A stretch of DNA of 64,000 nucleotides from Octopus vulgaris (taxonomy: Eukaryota): assembly GCA_951406725.2 (NCBI GenBank), contig OX597827.1, forward strand, positions 45,756,001-45,820,000, in the 5' to 3' direction. Under the pieces are notes generated by a model. The model did no database searches. It was given only the letters and a program-made list of their open reading frames with translations, and had not been told where the DNA came from. A program made the translations under genes and the position numbers. Positions 40,439 to 55,604 of the stretch are shown piece by piece. The stretch's first letter is position 1; each line of letters starts with the position of its first letter.

Positions 40439-40975
40439 CTGGGTGGGGCAGAGAGGATGGACTATTTTGAAAAATTCACAAAATCATTAATTTTAGCTGC
40501 AAACAAGTTTTATTGACATCAATGAGTTTGTATTGAATTAGCATTTGTCAAAATCAAGTGTTAAAAACAACATCCGGCATGTGGTGTCCGTTTTCGTCGA
40601 TGCATTTCTGAAAGCTTATTTGACGTGTAGCACATCGGTTTCCTATTCATTAGTGTACCTAGTGTACGAAGTGCATTCACCCAACGTAAGATTGTGTTAC
40701 GGGTGGGAACAGCCAGATTCCTTGAATGTTGAAGTGGAGCCAAAATACGCTGAATTGCTGTGACAGACTCGTTATACTTCACGTGACTGTCGTAGGCAAA
40801 CACGTGATGTCCTATCGTCCACAGCGTCATGGCTTTACCGAAAAAGAAAACAAAAAGAAAACAAAAAAAATTCTAAAACACCACAGACCAAATGATACCT
40901 GTCAGACATATGTACCTCCATCTGGGGCTGAGTAATAACCATTTCAAAAACGCCCGTTCTTTCTGCCCCACCCTA
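40439..40975 (-). mobile_element. Internally deleted Tc1/mariner-superfamily element with DUF4817-like N-terminal transposase relic
   Basis: TIRs ctgggtggggcaga / tctgccccaccct with TA flanks; minus-strand WTIGHHVFAYDSHVKYNESVTAIQR..VPTRNTILRWVNALRTLGT. Confidence 0.75.
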
Positions 40976-41162
40976 TAGTAGTGAAAATATAAACGCGTGG
41001 CTTAGTGGTTAGAGCGTTCGGCTCTCAGTCATAAGGTCGTGAGCGCGATTTCTGGACCAAGCGGTGTGTTGTGTCCTTTAGCATGACACTTTATTTCATG
41101 TTGCATCATTCTAGTCAACTGAAAATGAGTACTAGCAGAGTGCTGACACAGCCCTTTGTTTA

Positions 41163-41289
<127 letters not shown>

Positions 41290-41639
41290 CCCCATCTCTA
41301 TTCCTCTGTCCTCACTTCTAATTCTCCCACCCTAGGTGTGCCGTTGGCTCGAAGTCTATGTCTGCTTGTGACTTCACAAGTTCCTAAAACAATCAGAAAA
41401 AATATGGTACATGTGACTTGACTATAAACATTTGGGGCTAACGGCTAGCTCTTGGGTTTTAGGAAATAATAACTTTGAAAACTATATTCTTCATTATGCT
41501 CTTGTCATCTATTGCACTTTAAGAGTTATTATCTGTTATTTTTATGTTCAAGAATTGAACACGCCAACGAAGATCTAGATTCAATTGTCTACGAGAAGAT
41601 ACTGGTTCAAGAAGAAACAATGACAATAAAAAAAACGAT

Positions 41640-41948
41640 AAACGTCGCCTTTTTCAAGACTAGCCAGGCTCATGGGCCCGTTTTCCCGGTGTCTGTGGCG
41701 TATGTGATCCCCCCCAGCTGGACGGGACGCCAGTCCATCGCAGCGTTACTCAAGAAACACGAAGAGAGAGTGAGAGAAAGTTGTGGCGAAAGAGTACAAC
41801 AGGGGTTGCCACCACCCCCTGCCGGAGCCTCATGGAGCTTTTATGTGTATCTGCTCAATAAACACACAAAACGCCCGGTCTGGGAATCGAAACCACGATT
41901 CTCCGACTGCGAGTCCGCTGTCCTAACCACTGGGCCATTGCGCCTCCA
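41640..41948 (-). mobile_element. Family C-head SINE with V-domain-like body
   Basis: Minus strand contains ctgcgatggactggcgtcccgtccag, resembling the V-SINE conserved segment. Confidence 0.75.
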
Positions 41949-42974
41949 AGGCAATACAAAAACTAAAAGTAAATCAGTTATCATTAGACAGAGTTCGATC
42001 CGTGAAATGAAAGCCTTTTGCCTAGATTGTGTATTATTAACCAGCACTGTTTCTCTGCAGGGATCGCTGTGTTAATAATCTTCACGGTTGTTCCATAAGG
42101 TGATTATTGTTGATGGAGTTTATATTTCATAAGGGCATAACTATTAGGTTAACGCTTTCGTTTTAATTTACGACGTGGCATTTGCTGCAAATAAAACTTA
42201 TGCTCTTGTTCAATCATGCTAGTACGCCTTTCTTCCGCCAGTAATTTGAATCGATTCCGAATTTGATATTTTCCATCTTCTAATCTTGACCCCGTATCTT
42301 TCAATTCGTCTTTCACACTGCCTCTCTCGCCCCCCCTCTGTCTCTCCTCCTTCTCTCCCACCTCTCTTTGTGTCTCTGCCTGCCTGTCTGTCAGTATGTA
42401 TGTGTGTATCTCTCTCTCTTTCTCTCTCTCTCCCCCTCTCTTGTGAGTAGATTATTAAAATCATTGAAATGCGTTGAAAAATATAGCATATTTCAAATAA
42501 AACATTTCATCACACGATTTAATTCTGTAAAAATGGCTTCAAAGTGCCTGAAGTCTTCTTCCACTTATTGCAGTTTCCATTGCATATAGGCATCTTAACT
42601 TAACCAGAGATTCACATTTGAAGTTTTGTGAAAGATTAATTTATAATATCTAGCGTCAGATTATGAGTCAACTGTAAGCAAATTATGTAAAGGATATTAA
42701 ACATTATAAACACACGCAGCAGGTACTGAGTATTCGCAGCAGTTACTGAGCACGAACCACATGTGTATCCCTTGCCATGTCAGAACTCCAGCTAATTTGT
42801 CTTCTCTAATTAGGTACCACGAATTGCTTTAATTGTATTACTTTAACTGTATTACTTTATATCGACAAGACGATTATTGCTTGAAGAGGAAACAGTCGGC
42901 ATTTTGTAGTCTAAAAGTTAGAGCAGTGACTTCACAAGCGATAGTTACGTGTTTCGAATCTTGTCTACGGTCAT

Positions 42975-43335
42975 CTTTTATCTTTGACTTCTTTCAGTCA
43001 TTAGACTACGGTCATGTTGGAGCTCCACCTTGAAGAATTTTCAATCGTATGAATCGACCCCATTACATTTTTTAAAGTTTCGTACTTTTATCGATCTCTC
43101 CTAAGCACTGCTGATTTACGACGACGTAAACACATCAAGACCTATTCTCAAATGGTAGTGGGGGACAAACACACACATACACGAGGGGCTTCTTTCAATT
43201 TCTGTCAACCAAATCCACTCCCAAGGCTTTGGTTGGCCCGTCGCTCTAGTAGAAGACACTTGCCCAAGATACCATGCAGTGAGACTGAACCCGGAACCAT
43301 GTGGTTGGGAAGCAATACATATACCGTTACACAAG
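42975..43335 (-). mobile_element. Old degenerate family A SINE
   Basis: ccaaatccactc..aaggctttgg..gtagaagacacttgcccaag..ctgaacccggaaccatgtgg. Confidence 0.75.
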
Positions 43336-43877
43336 CACATTCAGTTTCCTCAAGAAGTGCAGAAAGGACTTGGTATACAAACACGTTCAATAACAGATCC
43401 TATTTTGTTTATAATGTAGCATATAAGAGAAATTGTTAAGTATAATAAACCAAAAGCTGTTGAAGCGACAATAACCACTTTCTGTTTCCTGGGGGGTAAT
43501 TGCTTTCGTTAGCGAAAATGCAGGGAAAATTGGATAAAGACGCTTCATTCATTGTTCACTTTTCTTGTTGAATGAATTTTGAGAGAAGACTTGACAAAAT
43601 TAAGAAGATCCATGCTGAAAGCTTCTACAATGCCGTGTCTTTGAAGTGCCTTGGGTTCTATAAATTCAATGATTTGGTATAAAGTCAGACAACCGGAAGT
43701 CTAGTGTCAGCTATGTTTAAGTAGATCATGGTTACGATGTGAAAGGATCAGCATGAATGTTGGGACGGGTGGTGAAGTGGAGAACGTGAAAGATAATAAT
43801 ACACAGTAAGAGATAATACGTGATGGAAGATAACACATGGTAGAAACGGTCAAATATAATGGACATTACACAATATA

Positions 43878-44298
43878 GGCGCAGGAGTGGCTGTGTGGTA
43901 AGTAGCTTGCTAACCAACCACATGGTTCCGGGTTCAGTTCCACTGCGTGGCATCTTGGGCAAGTGTCTTCTGCTATAGCCCCGGGCCGACCAATGCCTTG
44001 TGAGTGGATTTGGTAGACGGAAACTGAAAGAAGCCTGTCGTATATATGTATATATATATTTATATGTATATATATATTTATATGTATGTGTGTGTATGTG
44101 TTTGTCTCCCTAGCATTGCTTAACAACCGATGCTGGTGTGTTTACGTCCCCGTCACTTAGCGGTTCGGCAAAAAGAGACCGATAGAATAAGTACTGGGCT
44201 TACAAAGAATAAGTCCCGGGGTCGAATTGCTCAACTAAAGGCGGTGCTCCAGCATGGCCGCAGTCAAATGACTGAAACAAGTAAAAGAGTAAAAGAAT
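43878..44298 (+). mobile_element. SINE family A, full length
   Basis: Similar to 787-1212. Confidence 0.92.
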
Positions 44299-44380
44299 AT
44301 ATATGCAACATGCGAATTGAATCATGTATAAGTAGATGCTGTTTATGCGTGTGGCATATACTATGCGAGATTTACTCTAT

Positions 44381-44790
44381 TATTCTTTACTCTTTTACTT
44401 GTTTCAGTCATTTGGCTGCGGCCATGCTAGAGCACCGCCTTTAGTCGAGCAAATCGACCCCGGGAATTATTCGTTGTAAGCCTAGTATTTATACTATCGG
44501 TCTCTTTTGCCGAACCGCTAACTTACGGGGACGTAAACACACCAGCATCGGTTGTCAAGCGATGTTGGGGAACAAACACAGACACACAAACATATACACA
44601 CACATACATATATATATATATACATATATACGACGGGCTTCTCTTCAATTTCCGTCTACCAAATCCACTCACAAGGCTTTGGTCGGCCCAAAGCTATAGT
44701 AGAAGACACTTGCCCAAGGTGCCACGCAGTGGGACTGAACCTGGAACCATGTGGTTGGTAAGCTACTTACCGCACAGCCACTCCTATGTC
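44381..44790 (-). mobile_element. SINE family A, full length, inverted relative to 43878-44298
   Basis: Reverse complement of family A. Confidence 0.92.
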
Positions 44791-45248
44791 TCCCCTTATC
44801 TATATTTCTCTCTTCCTCTCCCCCTCTATCAATCAATTAGTCAATCAATCAATCAATCCTTTTTATCGCCCTGTCTTCGCTGTACCATTATCTAGTAACA
44901 TTTTCCTATAAACCGACTGACACAAAGAAACTAGCGAGTCTGTGGTCAATGTACTGAAACCACCGTGATCTTCAGGTCAGTGTTCTTGTTTGTACTTTAC
45001 CGGATCTTATTCGTTTTACCTGATCTCTATGCATGATTATATGTTTAGGAATTTCAAATTGTAACTATTACATTCAGGATCGATTTTGCTGCGCGGTTTT
45101 GGTATACAGATGCACGTATATAGTATGTATGAGCGTATAACTGTATAACTTTGTGTCTGTATATATATTTACAAGTATGTTTGTATACGTACATAGATAT
45201 TTACATACCTATATATATAAGTGATTGTGTGTGTGTGTGTGTGTGTAT

Positions 45249-45541
45249 GTGGAGGTGCAATGGCCCAGTGATTAGGGTAGCGAACTCGCGGTCGTAGGAT
45301 CATGGTTTCGATTCCCAAACCAGGCGTTGTGAGTGTTTATTGAGCGGAAACACCTAAAACACTACGAGGCTCCGGCAGGGGTTGGTGGCGATCCCTGCTG
45401 TACTCTTCCGCCACAACTTTCTCTCACTCTTTCCTCTGTTGGTCTGATCGCTTAGCCAGTGCCATTTGAAGACTAAAACATGCGAAGCACATTGTGACCA
45501 GCGATGTGTAGTAACATCTGATAGCCTGGTCGGTCACGGTG

Positions 45542-45543
<2 letters not shown>
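45249..45543 (+). mobile_element. Family C-head SINE with alternative tail
   Basis: Sister of 6618-6893. Confidence 0.85.
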
Positions 45544-45592
<49 letters not shown>

Positions 45593-45598
45593 ATAACT

Positions 45599-45911
45599 GG
45601 CACTCCATCGCTTACGACGACGAGGGTTCCAGTTGATCCGATCAACGAGACACCTTACTCGTGAGATTAACGTGCAAATAACTGAGCATTCCACAGACAT
45701 GAGTACCCCTTCAAATACTTCTCAGGGAGATTCAGTGTGACACAGAGTGTGACAAGGCCGGCCCTTTGAAATACAGGTACAACTCATTTTTGCCAGCGGA
45801 GTGGAATGGAGTAACGTGAAATAAAGTGTCTTGTTCAAGGACACAACGCGCGGCCGGGAATCGAACTGGCGACCCTACGATCGCGTGTCGAATATCCTAA
45901 CCATTAAGCCA

Positions 45912-45912
<1 letters not shown>
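45599..45912 (-). mobile_element. SINE with family C tail but different head and CORE-like body
   Basis: Tail as 5945-6125; body gagtggaatggagtaacgtgaaataaagtgtcttgttcaaggacacaac; sister at 48826-49100 (+). Confidence 0.8.
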
Positions 45913-45962
<50 letters not shown>

Positions 45963-46275
45963 GCAAACACATACGTACAAACACACACAAACGCACTTAC
46001 ACACACGCTTATATGTATATATATACACACTTATACATACCTATATGCATGTGTATGTGTGTGCATATACAAACACCTACACACAAACATATCAGACACG
46101 TGTGAACAGGCCGAAAGAGAGATAACTGTAAGGTCAGTTTTAAAAGCATAGTCGATGATAACTTCGTCCGGATGATAAATAAGAAATCTACGTATTGTTT
46201 ATTTTCTTCGTCTACTTGCTTTACCTGTCCGTCCATCTGCCTGCCTGCCCGCCTACCTGCCTGTCTGTCAGCCTA

Positions 46276-46320
<45 letters not shown>

Positions 46321-46443
46321 GCGTGCTTCTACTCTCATTGGAAATAACCGGAGGTGTAACACCAAACTTGTTCAGATAAAACGTTGCTGTCGTTTAAATT
46401 ATATACCACATAGTGTTGGTTATTCTATGGCAACCTGTGGGTT

Positions 46444-46485
<42 letters not shown>

Positions 46486-46612
46486 TGTGTGGATGTGTGT
46501 ATATGCACAGTTTTGTATGTGTGCAGGAGTATATGACGTGTGCGCACGCATAAATGCAATCATAAGCATACACCGACGGACCGACACGCATACACACACA
46601 CATTTACATTCA

Positions 46613-46674
<62 letters not shown>

Positions 46675-46994
46675 GCAAAGGTAAGATCCAAGGATCAAAG
46701 TGTAGGAAGTTAGTAAACTTCGAGCAGTCCGTAGAAGGTATGAAAAAACAACTTCCATGAACAATAATGGCTTATTGACTTAGAAGGTTGTAAATTTTTC
46801 CCATTTCGAAGTTCGATAAACTGGAAAACAGTCATATTACAGTTCACGATTAGCAGCTGGAGTTGCTGTGTTTGCGGATTAAAATCCAAAGATAGAGAAT
46901 GGATCGGATAAAATCCAGGTTAAATATATTTCATATGTAATAATTACCTAAACGAGGAGTAATCCGCTCGCTACTCGTTGGACCAAAGGGGGGA

Positions 46995-47377
46995 AAGCAC
47001 TCCGTCGGTTACGACGATGAGGGTTCCGGTTGATCCGAATCAACGGAACAGCCTGCTCGTGAAATTAATGTGTAAGTGGCTGAGCACTCCACAGACACGT
47101 GCACCCTTAACGTAGTTCTCGGGGATATTCAGCGTGACACAGAGAGTGACAAGGCCGGCCCCTTGAAATACAGGTACAACAGAAACAGGAAGTAAGAGTG
47201 AGAGAATGTTGTGGTGAAAGAGTACAGCAGGGATCACCACCATCCCCTGCCGGAGCCTCGTGGAGCTTTTAGGTGTTTTCGCTCAATAAACACTCACAAC
47301 GCCCGGTCTGGGAATCGAAACCGCGATCCTATGATCGCGAGTCCGCTACCCTAACCACTGGGCCATTGCGCCTCCAC
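46995..47377 (-). mobile_element. SINE family C
   Basis: Near-identical to 5945-6328; ggaccaaag on both flanks. Confidence 0.9.
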
Positions 47378-47548
47378 TTGTCGGACCAAAGATACCTTAA
47401 TCAAATGAAGGTTACATTATCGTCAAGGGATCCTATGTTAACTTGCAAGAGATTCAATCAAAATTGACTGAAAAACACAGAGTTAGAGAAAAAATGGAAA
47501 GCATATTCGTGGAGAAATAATATATGGGAATAGATAAATGTCTGAACT

Positions 47549-47719
47549 TGTTAAGGAAAAGAATAAGAATTTTGTTTTTCGTGTTCTTATTCTTTTCCTT
47601 AACAGACTACCATTAGTTTCATGCTGGGAGAGATATCACTCAACAATTATTCAATTATTCAAGTCTGTAACTTGGGACGTCTCTATCCTGGATATCAACA
47701 AAGCAAATCATCTATAGAA

Positions 47720-47784
<65 letters not shown>

Positions 47785-47945
47785 TATAATATAATTTTGT
47801 TTTTCGTGTTCTTATTCTTTTCCTTAACAGACTACCATTAGTTTCATGCTGGCAGAGATATCACTCAACAATTATTCAATTATTCAAGCCTGTAACTTGG
47901 GACGTCTCTATCCTGGATATCAACAAAGCAAATCATCTATAGAAA

Positions 47946-47999
<54 letters not shown>

Positions 48000-48009
48000 T
48001 ATAATATAA
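47549..48009. repeat. Tandem duplication of about 225 bp including (GT)n, preceded by a short inverted copy
   Basis: Units start at 47568 and 47793; tgttaaggaaaagaataagaa / ttcttattcttttccttaaca hairpin at the left edge. Confidence 0.85.
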
Positions 48010-48825
48010 GTAGAACATAATTTACAAATCAAACATAGGATAAAAATAATATAGGTATAAATAATATATACTACATGTATAATATAATACTTAAGCATGA
48101 ACTTAATGATATTGAATATTGATATTTATTATTTAATCAGGTAATATAATACATTTTATTTGAAATGAAGATATAAATCTATCGATAACACTAATTTGAT
48201 GACGTAATACACTTAATATAATTACGTACTAATCTTAAATGCGTGCAACGTAAGCCCGTATGCATAAATGTTCTCCCTCACACACACTTAAATCTGTAAT
48301 GTTATACAGAATAAGAGATAATTACTTTACCAATTATCTTACTGTTTCATATTATAATAATTATGACTGACTTTTACGATTGACTTTTTCATGAATTAGA
48401 TACAAGCATATAAGGGATTATATATGTACGTTAACAAACTAATTTGACTTCATATCACGTTACTAACATGCATACACGCTTATGCACACATAAATCAACA
48501 TGAACAGTAAAAATCTACACACACACACACACACGATCATACATAAGTGTTTATGTATATTAGTATAAAGTTATCGAATATTTCCATAACTAATAAAGCA
48601 ACTTAAGCAATAAGGATCTATAAACGCACGCACACACACATACACACATACACATACACACACGCACACACACACACACACACACAGACACACACTCACA
48701 CTCATGCATAAAGGATGACATCCATACTTGTATTCAATAACCTTATGCTGACACACATACACATATTCGTACATATAAATTAACAGTAAACATACGTCTA
48801 TACACATATGAACACACATACAAAC

Positions 48826-49100
48826 GCGAAGGCGCGTGACTTAGTGGTTGTGTCCTTGAGCAAGGCACACTTTATTTCACGTTGCTCCAGTCCACTCAGC
48901 TGGCAAAAATGAGTAGTACCTGTATTTCGAAGGGCCAGTCTTGTCACACTCTGTGTCACGCTGAATCTCCCTGAGAACTACATGAGGGGGTACACGTGTC
49001 TGTGGAGTGCTCAGCCACTAACACGTTAATTTCACGAGCAGGCTGTTCCGTTGATTGTATCAGCTGGGACCCTGGACGTCGTAACCGACGGAGAGCTCCT
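48826..49100 (+). mobile_element. SINE with CORE-like body and family C tail, head partly deleted
   Basis: gtgtccttgagcaaggcacactt..cttgtcacactctgtgtcacgctgaat..gtcgtaaccgacggag. Confidence 0.8.
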
Positions 49101-49753
49101 TTGAGCACACACATAAACACACGAACATACACTCAGACATAAACCAAAATGGACCATCGACATCCATGTTTTGTAAAAAAATCTATTATTTTATTTCATT
49201 TATTTTTATTATTGTAATATTTCATTATTTTATTATTTATTATTAATCTTATTTTTATACTTTATTTTTATTCTTATATACTTATATAATTCATTATTAT
49301 TATCATTATTACTATTATTGTATTTAAATAAAAATAAAAATATCAACGGATGCGCATGCACGCACACACACGCACACACGCACACACACACACACACATA
49401 CAATAAACACACATCTGCTTAATCTGTTGGAATATTCCTATTGATCAAAATGTAAACTCTGTAATGTCCATCTTCCCCATAAAATCTTCCTCCCAGGATA
49501 CTCAAAATGAAAACTGTATTATTATATATGTTTTATCATTTGAATTGGGTGCGAAGTGAAACAATTGTAGGCAATGTTAAATTGTTGATAAATTAATTTA
49601 TATCAACTGAATCTCTCCATTTTCAAACTTATTAATAATATCTGATGATTTTAAAAATATTTATTGAAGAAATATCTCTTCAAAATATAATATATTAAAC
49701 CAGGGTATCCTTGGATAAAACTGTCCCTATAAGAGGGACAGTTTTATCCAAGA

Positions 49754-50676
49754 TCTTACTATAATGGGTGTTATGTCAGTCTGTCTATCTGTACCTTCTT
49801 CACGGTCAAATGGCTGCACTAATGGTCTCGATGTGTTTCGGGATTACGAAAGAAGTAATCAGGAAAAACTGTGAAAAAGTATGATTATTTAGCGGATATT
49901 GAGTCTTGCATTAATAAATCACATTTGACTTTTTTTCTTAAAATTCCAGCGATGAGGATTAACTCTGGACCCCCACCCGTATAGTTTGTGAATTTAGAAG
50001 GTTTAGATTTGCGATACTGTTCTTTTATTTCCCATCGTAGATGGGTAGATTACTAATGATACCGCTCGCGCATTCACAGCAAACAAGGCACAGGGCCAGA
50101 CTTTAGATCGTATCGGTTTATTTTTTATCCACTCCGATATTTACACATGGCCAGTTATACGTCGCTATGAGTAGAGCAACGGACTCCAGTAATTTGAAAA
50201 TTAGTGTCGATCAAACAGAAAATATCGTCTACAAAGACGTTTTGTAATCATTGATATTATCGAAAGGAAAAGGATTCATAATTTAAATAAGGAAATTTGT
50301 GAACTTTGAATGTATAAAAGTATAATTAAGCGTAAAATATTATAAACAACTAAAATAAAAGTATATCAAAATAACATTTTTTCCTTAATAGTGGTCGAAG
50401 GAAGGTCTGGCTTTCGTTAGGAGTGGTCCACATAACCATTCATGATACAGAGGCTGGGAGCCTATTTTAGTTCGGGACTGAATCGTCATCACATGTCACT
50501 TGGTCACAAACACGTCATATAGTTGCAATAGAATGCTGTATCACCAACAATAATGTAATTTCTCTAAGATATCACCCAGTAATCTATCAAGTCCATTTAC
50601 ACATTTCTTAATACGTACTGCTGTTAGGACATCGCGCCCTCATTCAATGCCGTCATCGTAGATGGGTAGATTTGCT

Positions 50677-50678
<2 letters not shown>
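49754..50678 (+). mobile_element. Non-autonomous Helitron with PIF1-helicase C-terminal relic
   Basis: 5' TC..ctataa..gtctgtct; 50070-50247 reads AFTANKAQGQTLDRIGLF/STPIFTHGQLYVAMSRATDSSNLKI..TENIVYKDVL*; 3' hairpin catcgtagatg then CTAG. Confidence 0.85.
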
Positions 50679-50744
<66 letters not shown>

Positions 50745-50798
50745 TTAGTGAGGGAAGAAATGGAGCTGAACGAAGATTTTACAAAATTCCATTTTATT

Positions 50799-50884
50799 AT
50801 TTTCTACATATGTTTCAAAGGCTGCAAAGTCCCTAATTCAGATTGAATAAGGAGACCATTTTGTAGCTTTCTCTTCAGGAAAAT
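50799..50884 (-). ncRNA. Type I hammerhead ribozyme in (TA)n-embedded element (about 50745-50997)
   Basis: Minus strand: stem I attttc/gaaaat, CTGAAGA, stem II gaaagctacaaa/tttgcagccttt, GAAA, palindromic ACATATGT, GUA site. Confidence 0.8.
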
Positions 50885-50993
50885 CCAGGAACTTAAATCT
50901 CCAACAAAATGCGCAGCAAGCTTTTCGACAAACGCTCTCTAGGAGCCCATGGTATGAATGGCACAAAACTGTCTCTCAATATGCGTATCAATA

Positions 50994-51039
<46 letters not shown>

Positions 51040-51041
<2 letters not shown>

Positions 51042-51210
51042 GTAAATGTAATATGTGGCAATTATTCGGTAGCCATGATAAAACGTCGAGTTTCGGATGT
51101 CGGGGCGGCTACCGAATAATTGTCACATATTACGTTTACAGATAAATTCCTCTATTTACATAGTATCGAGGTCTCTTTCATTCGTTTGTTGTCTTACCAT
51201 TTCTATCAAT
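51040..51210. mobile_element. (TA)n-embedded fold-back element
   Basis: 36-bp arms tctgtaaatgtaatatgtggcaattattcggtagcc / ggctaccgaataattgtcacatattacgtttacaga; its 3' end recurs at 15496-15558. Confidence 0.7.
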
Positions 51211-51239
51211 ATCTATCTATCTATCTATCTAGCTATCTA

Positions 51240-52392
<1,153 letters not shown>

Positions 52393-52395
<3 letters not shown>

Positions 52396-52578
52396 TTCAT
52401 CAAAATTTAGATTCAGATGAATGTGGTACTTAAGTCAAAAGGCACCAGAATTTTGTATGGTATTATCCATATGAATCCATGGGGTGATTACAATCAAAAT
52501 AAGCAACAAGTATATCCGAGGTTATGTGGTACTATCGTACCACATTACCTCGGATATACTTGTTCCTTATTTTGATTA
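52393..52578 (-). mobile_element. (TA)n-embedded element, relative of 35005-35272, with fold-back end
   Basis: Reverse complement of 35140-35272; arms aacaagtatatccgagg..gtggtac / gtaccac..cctcggatatacttgtt. Confidence 0.75.
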
Positions 52579-52616
52579 TATATATATATATATATACGAC
52601 GGACTTTTTTTCATTT

Positions 52617-52850
52617 TCTTATTTCTTTACTGCCCACAAGGGGCTAAACACAGAGAGGACAAACAAGGACAGACAAACGGATTAAGTCGATTATATCGAC
52701 CCCAGTGCGTAACTGGTACTTACTTAATCGACCCCGAAAGGATGAAAGGCAAAGTCGACCTCGGCTGAATTTGAACTCAGAACGTAGCGGCAGACGAAAT
52801 ACCGCTAGGCATTTCGCCCGGCGTGCTAAAGTTTCTGCCAGCTCGCCGCC
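52617..52850 (-). mobile_element. SINE family B nested in a family A remnant (52595-52990)
   Basis: Family B reverse complement between tatacgacgg.. and ttcagtttctgcctaccaaa. Confidence 0.85.
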
Positions 52851-53047
52851 TTAGTTCAGTTTCTGCCTACCAAAACCCCATCACAGAGCTTTGGGCAGCC
52901 GGGGTTCCGTAGTTGAGGAAACCTAAGGTGCTGCGGAGTGAGTCTGAACCCGGAACTAGGCTGTTGGGAAGCAAATTTCTGACCACGCGCGCTCACACAC
53001 ACAGAGAGAAATACCAACACACGTTTACACATAATATACATTCCTGA

Positions 53048-53181
<134 letters not shown>

Positions 53182-53658
53182 TAGATAGATAGATAGATAG
53201 ATATAGATAGATTTATATATATACAAATCACTGAAACAAATGAAAGAATATATATATATATATATAATACACAGACACACAGACACAGACACAGACACAC
53301 AGACACAGACACAGACACACACATACATACAAACATACATACATACATACATACATGCATACATACATACATACATACATACACACACATACATTATCTT
53401 AGATTTGTACGAGTATTTCAATGCGTCCGCATTCGAAAATATAGACTCTGATGCACTGAAGGACATTTTCGGCTGTAAGGTGTTATTAGGTTTATATAAA
53501 TACATATAAATTCTAGTTTCCCACGAACAGAGACTACTTTCTCTTTAGACATCGTCGTCGACGACCTTCTTGGACGGACGTTATTTGAGAGCTATGAATT
53601 TCATGTGTGTGTGTGTTGGTGGGTGGGGGTATACACATGTATCTCTATATATGTAGAC

Positions 53659-53710
<52 letters not shown>

Positions 53711-54334
53711 GTAGGTATGTATGTATGTTTATATGTATGTATATGTATATTTGTAAATATATGGATAGATTCGTTGATACATTGATAGGTACAGACATGC
53801 ATACATGTGTGTGTGTGTGATTGCGCGTGTATGTGTGTTTGTTTGTTTGTTTGTTTGTGTGTATGTGTGTGTGTGCGTGCGTGTGTGTGTGTGTGTTTAT
53901 GTACGTGCATATTTGCTTATATAATAAATATATAGACAGATAGCTTAATAGATTGATAGATACATACATGCATACATACATATATTATATGTGCTTGTAT
54001 GTGCTTGTATGTGTGTGTGTGTGTATATGTGTATATGTGTTTGTATGTATATGTGTATATATGTATATGCATATGTATGTGTAAATGTATGTGCTTATGT
54101 ATGTGTATGTATGTATAAAATATTATATAATTAGGGCTTAGGAAAATAAAATAAATTACTTTGCCACATACTAAACTTTCTAGAAATAGCAGCCAATAAA
54201 GTTTTTTAGCCTCTTCCACTACTTAGAGAATTTTTTTCCCTCTAACATTGTTTACTCAAAATAATAATGGTCCCTTTACATACTGAACACTTGATGAAAT
54301 TGATTAATAACTAATTAACTTTACCCTCCCTTGT

Positions 54335-54370
54335 TGATATATATATATACATATGTATATGTGTACATGT

Positions 54371-54408
<38 letters not shown>

Positions 54409-54662
54409 ATGTGTGTATGTATGTATTTGTATATGTGTGTGTGTATATGTATGTGTGCGCGTGTGTGTGTATGTATGTGTATGTATACTTGTATATGTAT
54501 ATGCATGAATGTATATATATGTGTGTGTATATGTGTATTATGTATGTATTTATATAGATATGTAGTTTATATATATATATGTATGTATATGCATCTGTCT
54601 GTGTGTGTGTATGTGTATATATGTGTATCATTTTTGCGTATGTATACATGTATATGTGTATA

Positions 54663-54715
<53 letters not shown>

Positions 54716-54924
54716 GTGTATATATATGTATATATATATATATATATGCATGCGTATGTGTATGTACATGTATATATGTATGTGTGTATATGTATATATG
54801 TTTATATATGTGAGTATGTAGTGATATAAGTATATGCATGTGTATGTATGGGTATGTGTATCAGTGTATATGTATATATGTATGTGTGTGTGTATGTATA
54901 TGTATGTATATGTGTATATATGTA

Positions 54925-54959
<35 letters not shown>

Positions 54960-55026
54960 GTGTGTATATGTGTGTATGTATGTGTATGTGTATGTATGTG
55001 TATATATATCTATATATGTATATATG

Positions 55027-55066
<40 letters not shown>

Positions 55067-55556
55067 TGCGTGTGTGTATGTATGCATATATGTATGTATG
55101 CATGTATATGTGTATGTATATATATGTGTGTAAGTGTGTGCATATATGTATTTGTAAGTATGTGTGCGCGTATGAGTGTGTATGTATGCTTGCACACGTG
55201 TATATATATGTGTGTGTGTGTATATATATGGATGCGCGTGCGTGTGTGCACGTGTATGGGTACGCATGTATATGTGTATGTGCGTGTATGCGTATACGTG
55301 TATGTATGTATGTGTGTGCGTAGATTTGTATATGTATGTGTGAGTGTGTATATATATATATATATATATACATATATATAGATGGGTGTGTGTATGCGTA
55401 TAAATGCATGTAAGTATGGATGTATGGATGTATGTATGTATGTATACGTATGTATGAGTGTATGTGTGTATGTATATGTATATGTGTGTATATATGTTTG
55501 TGTATGTATATATATGTGTATGTATGTGTGTGTATATGTATGTGTGTATGTGTATG

Positions 55557-55604
<48 letters not shown>

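Noticed and set aside
44915-44985. Minus-strand CTGAAGA enclosed by actgac/gtcagt
   Set aside because: No GAAA or cleavage triplet in the required position.
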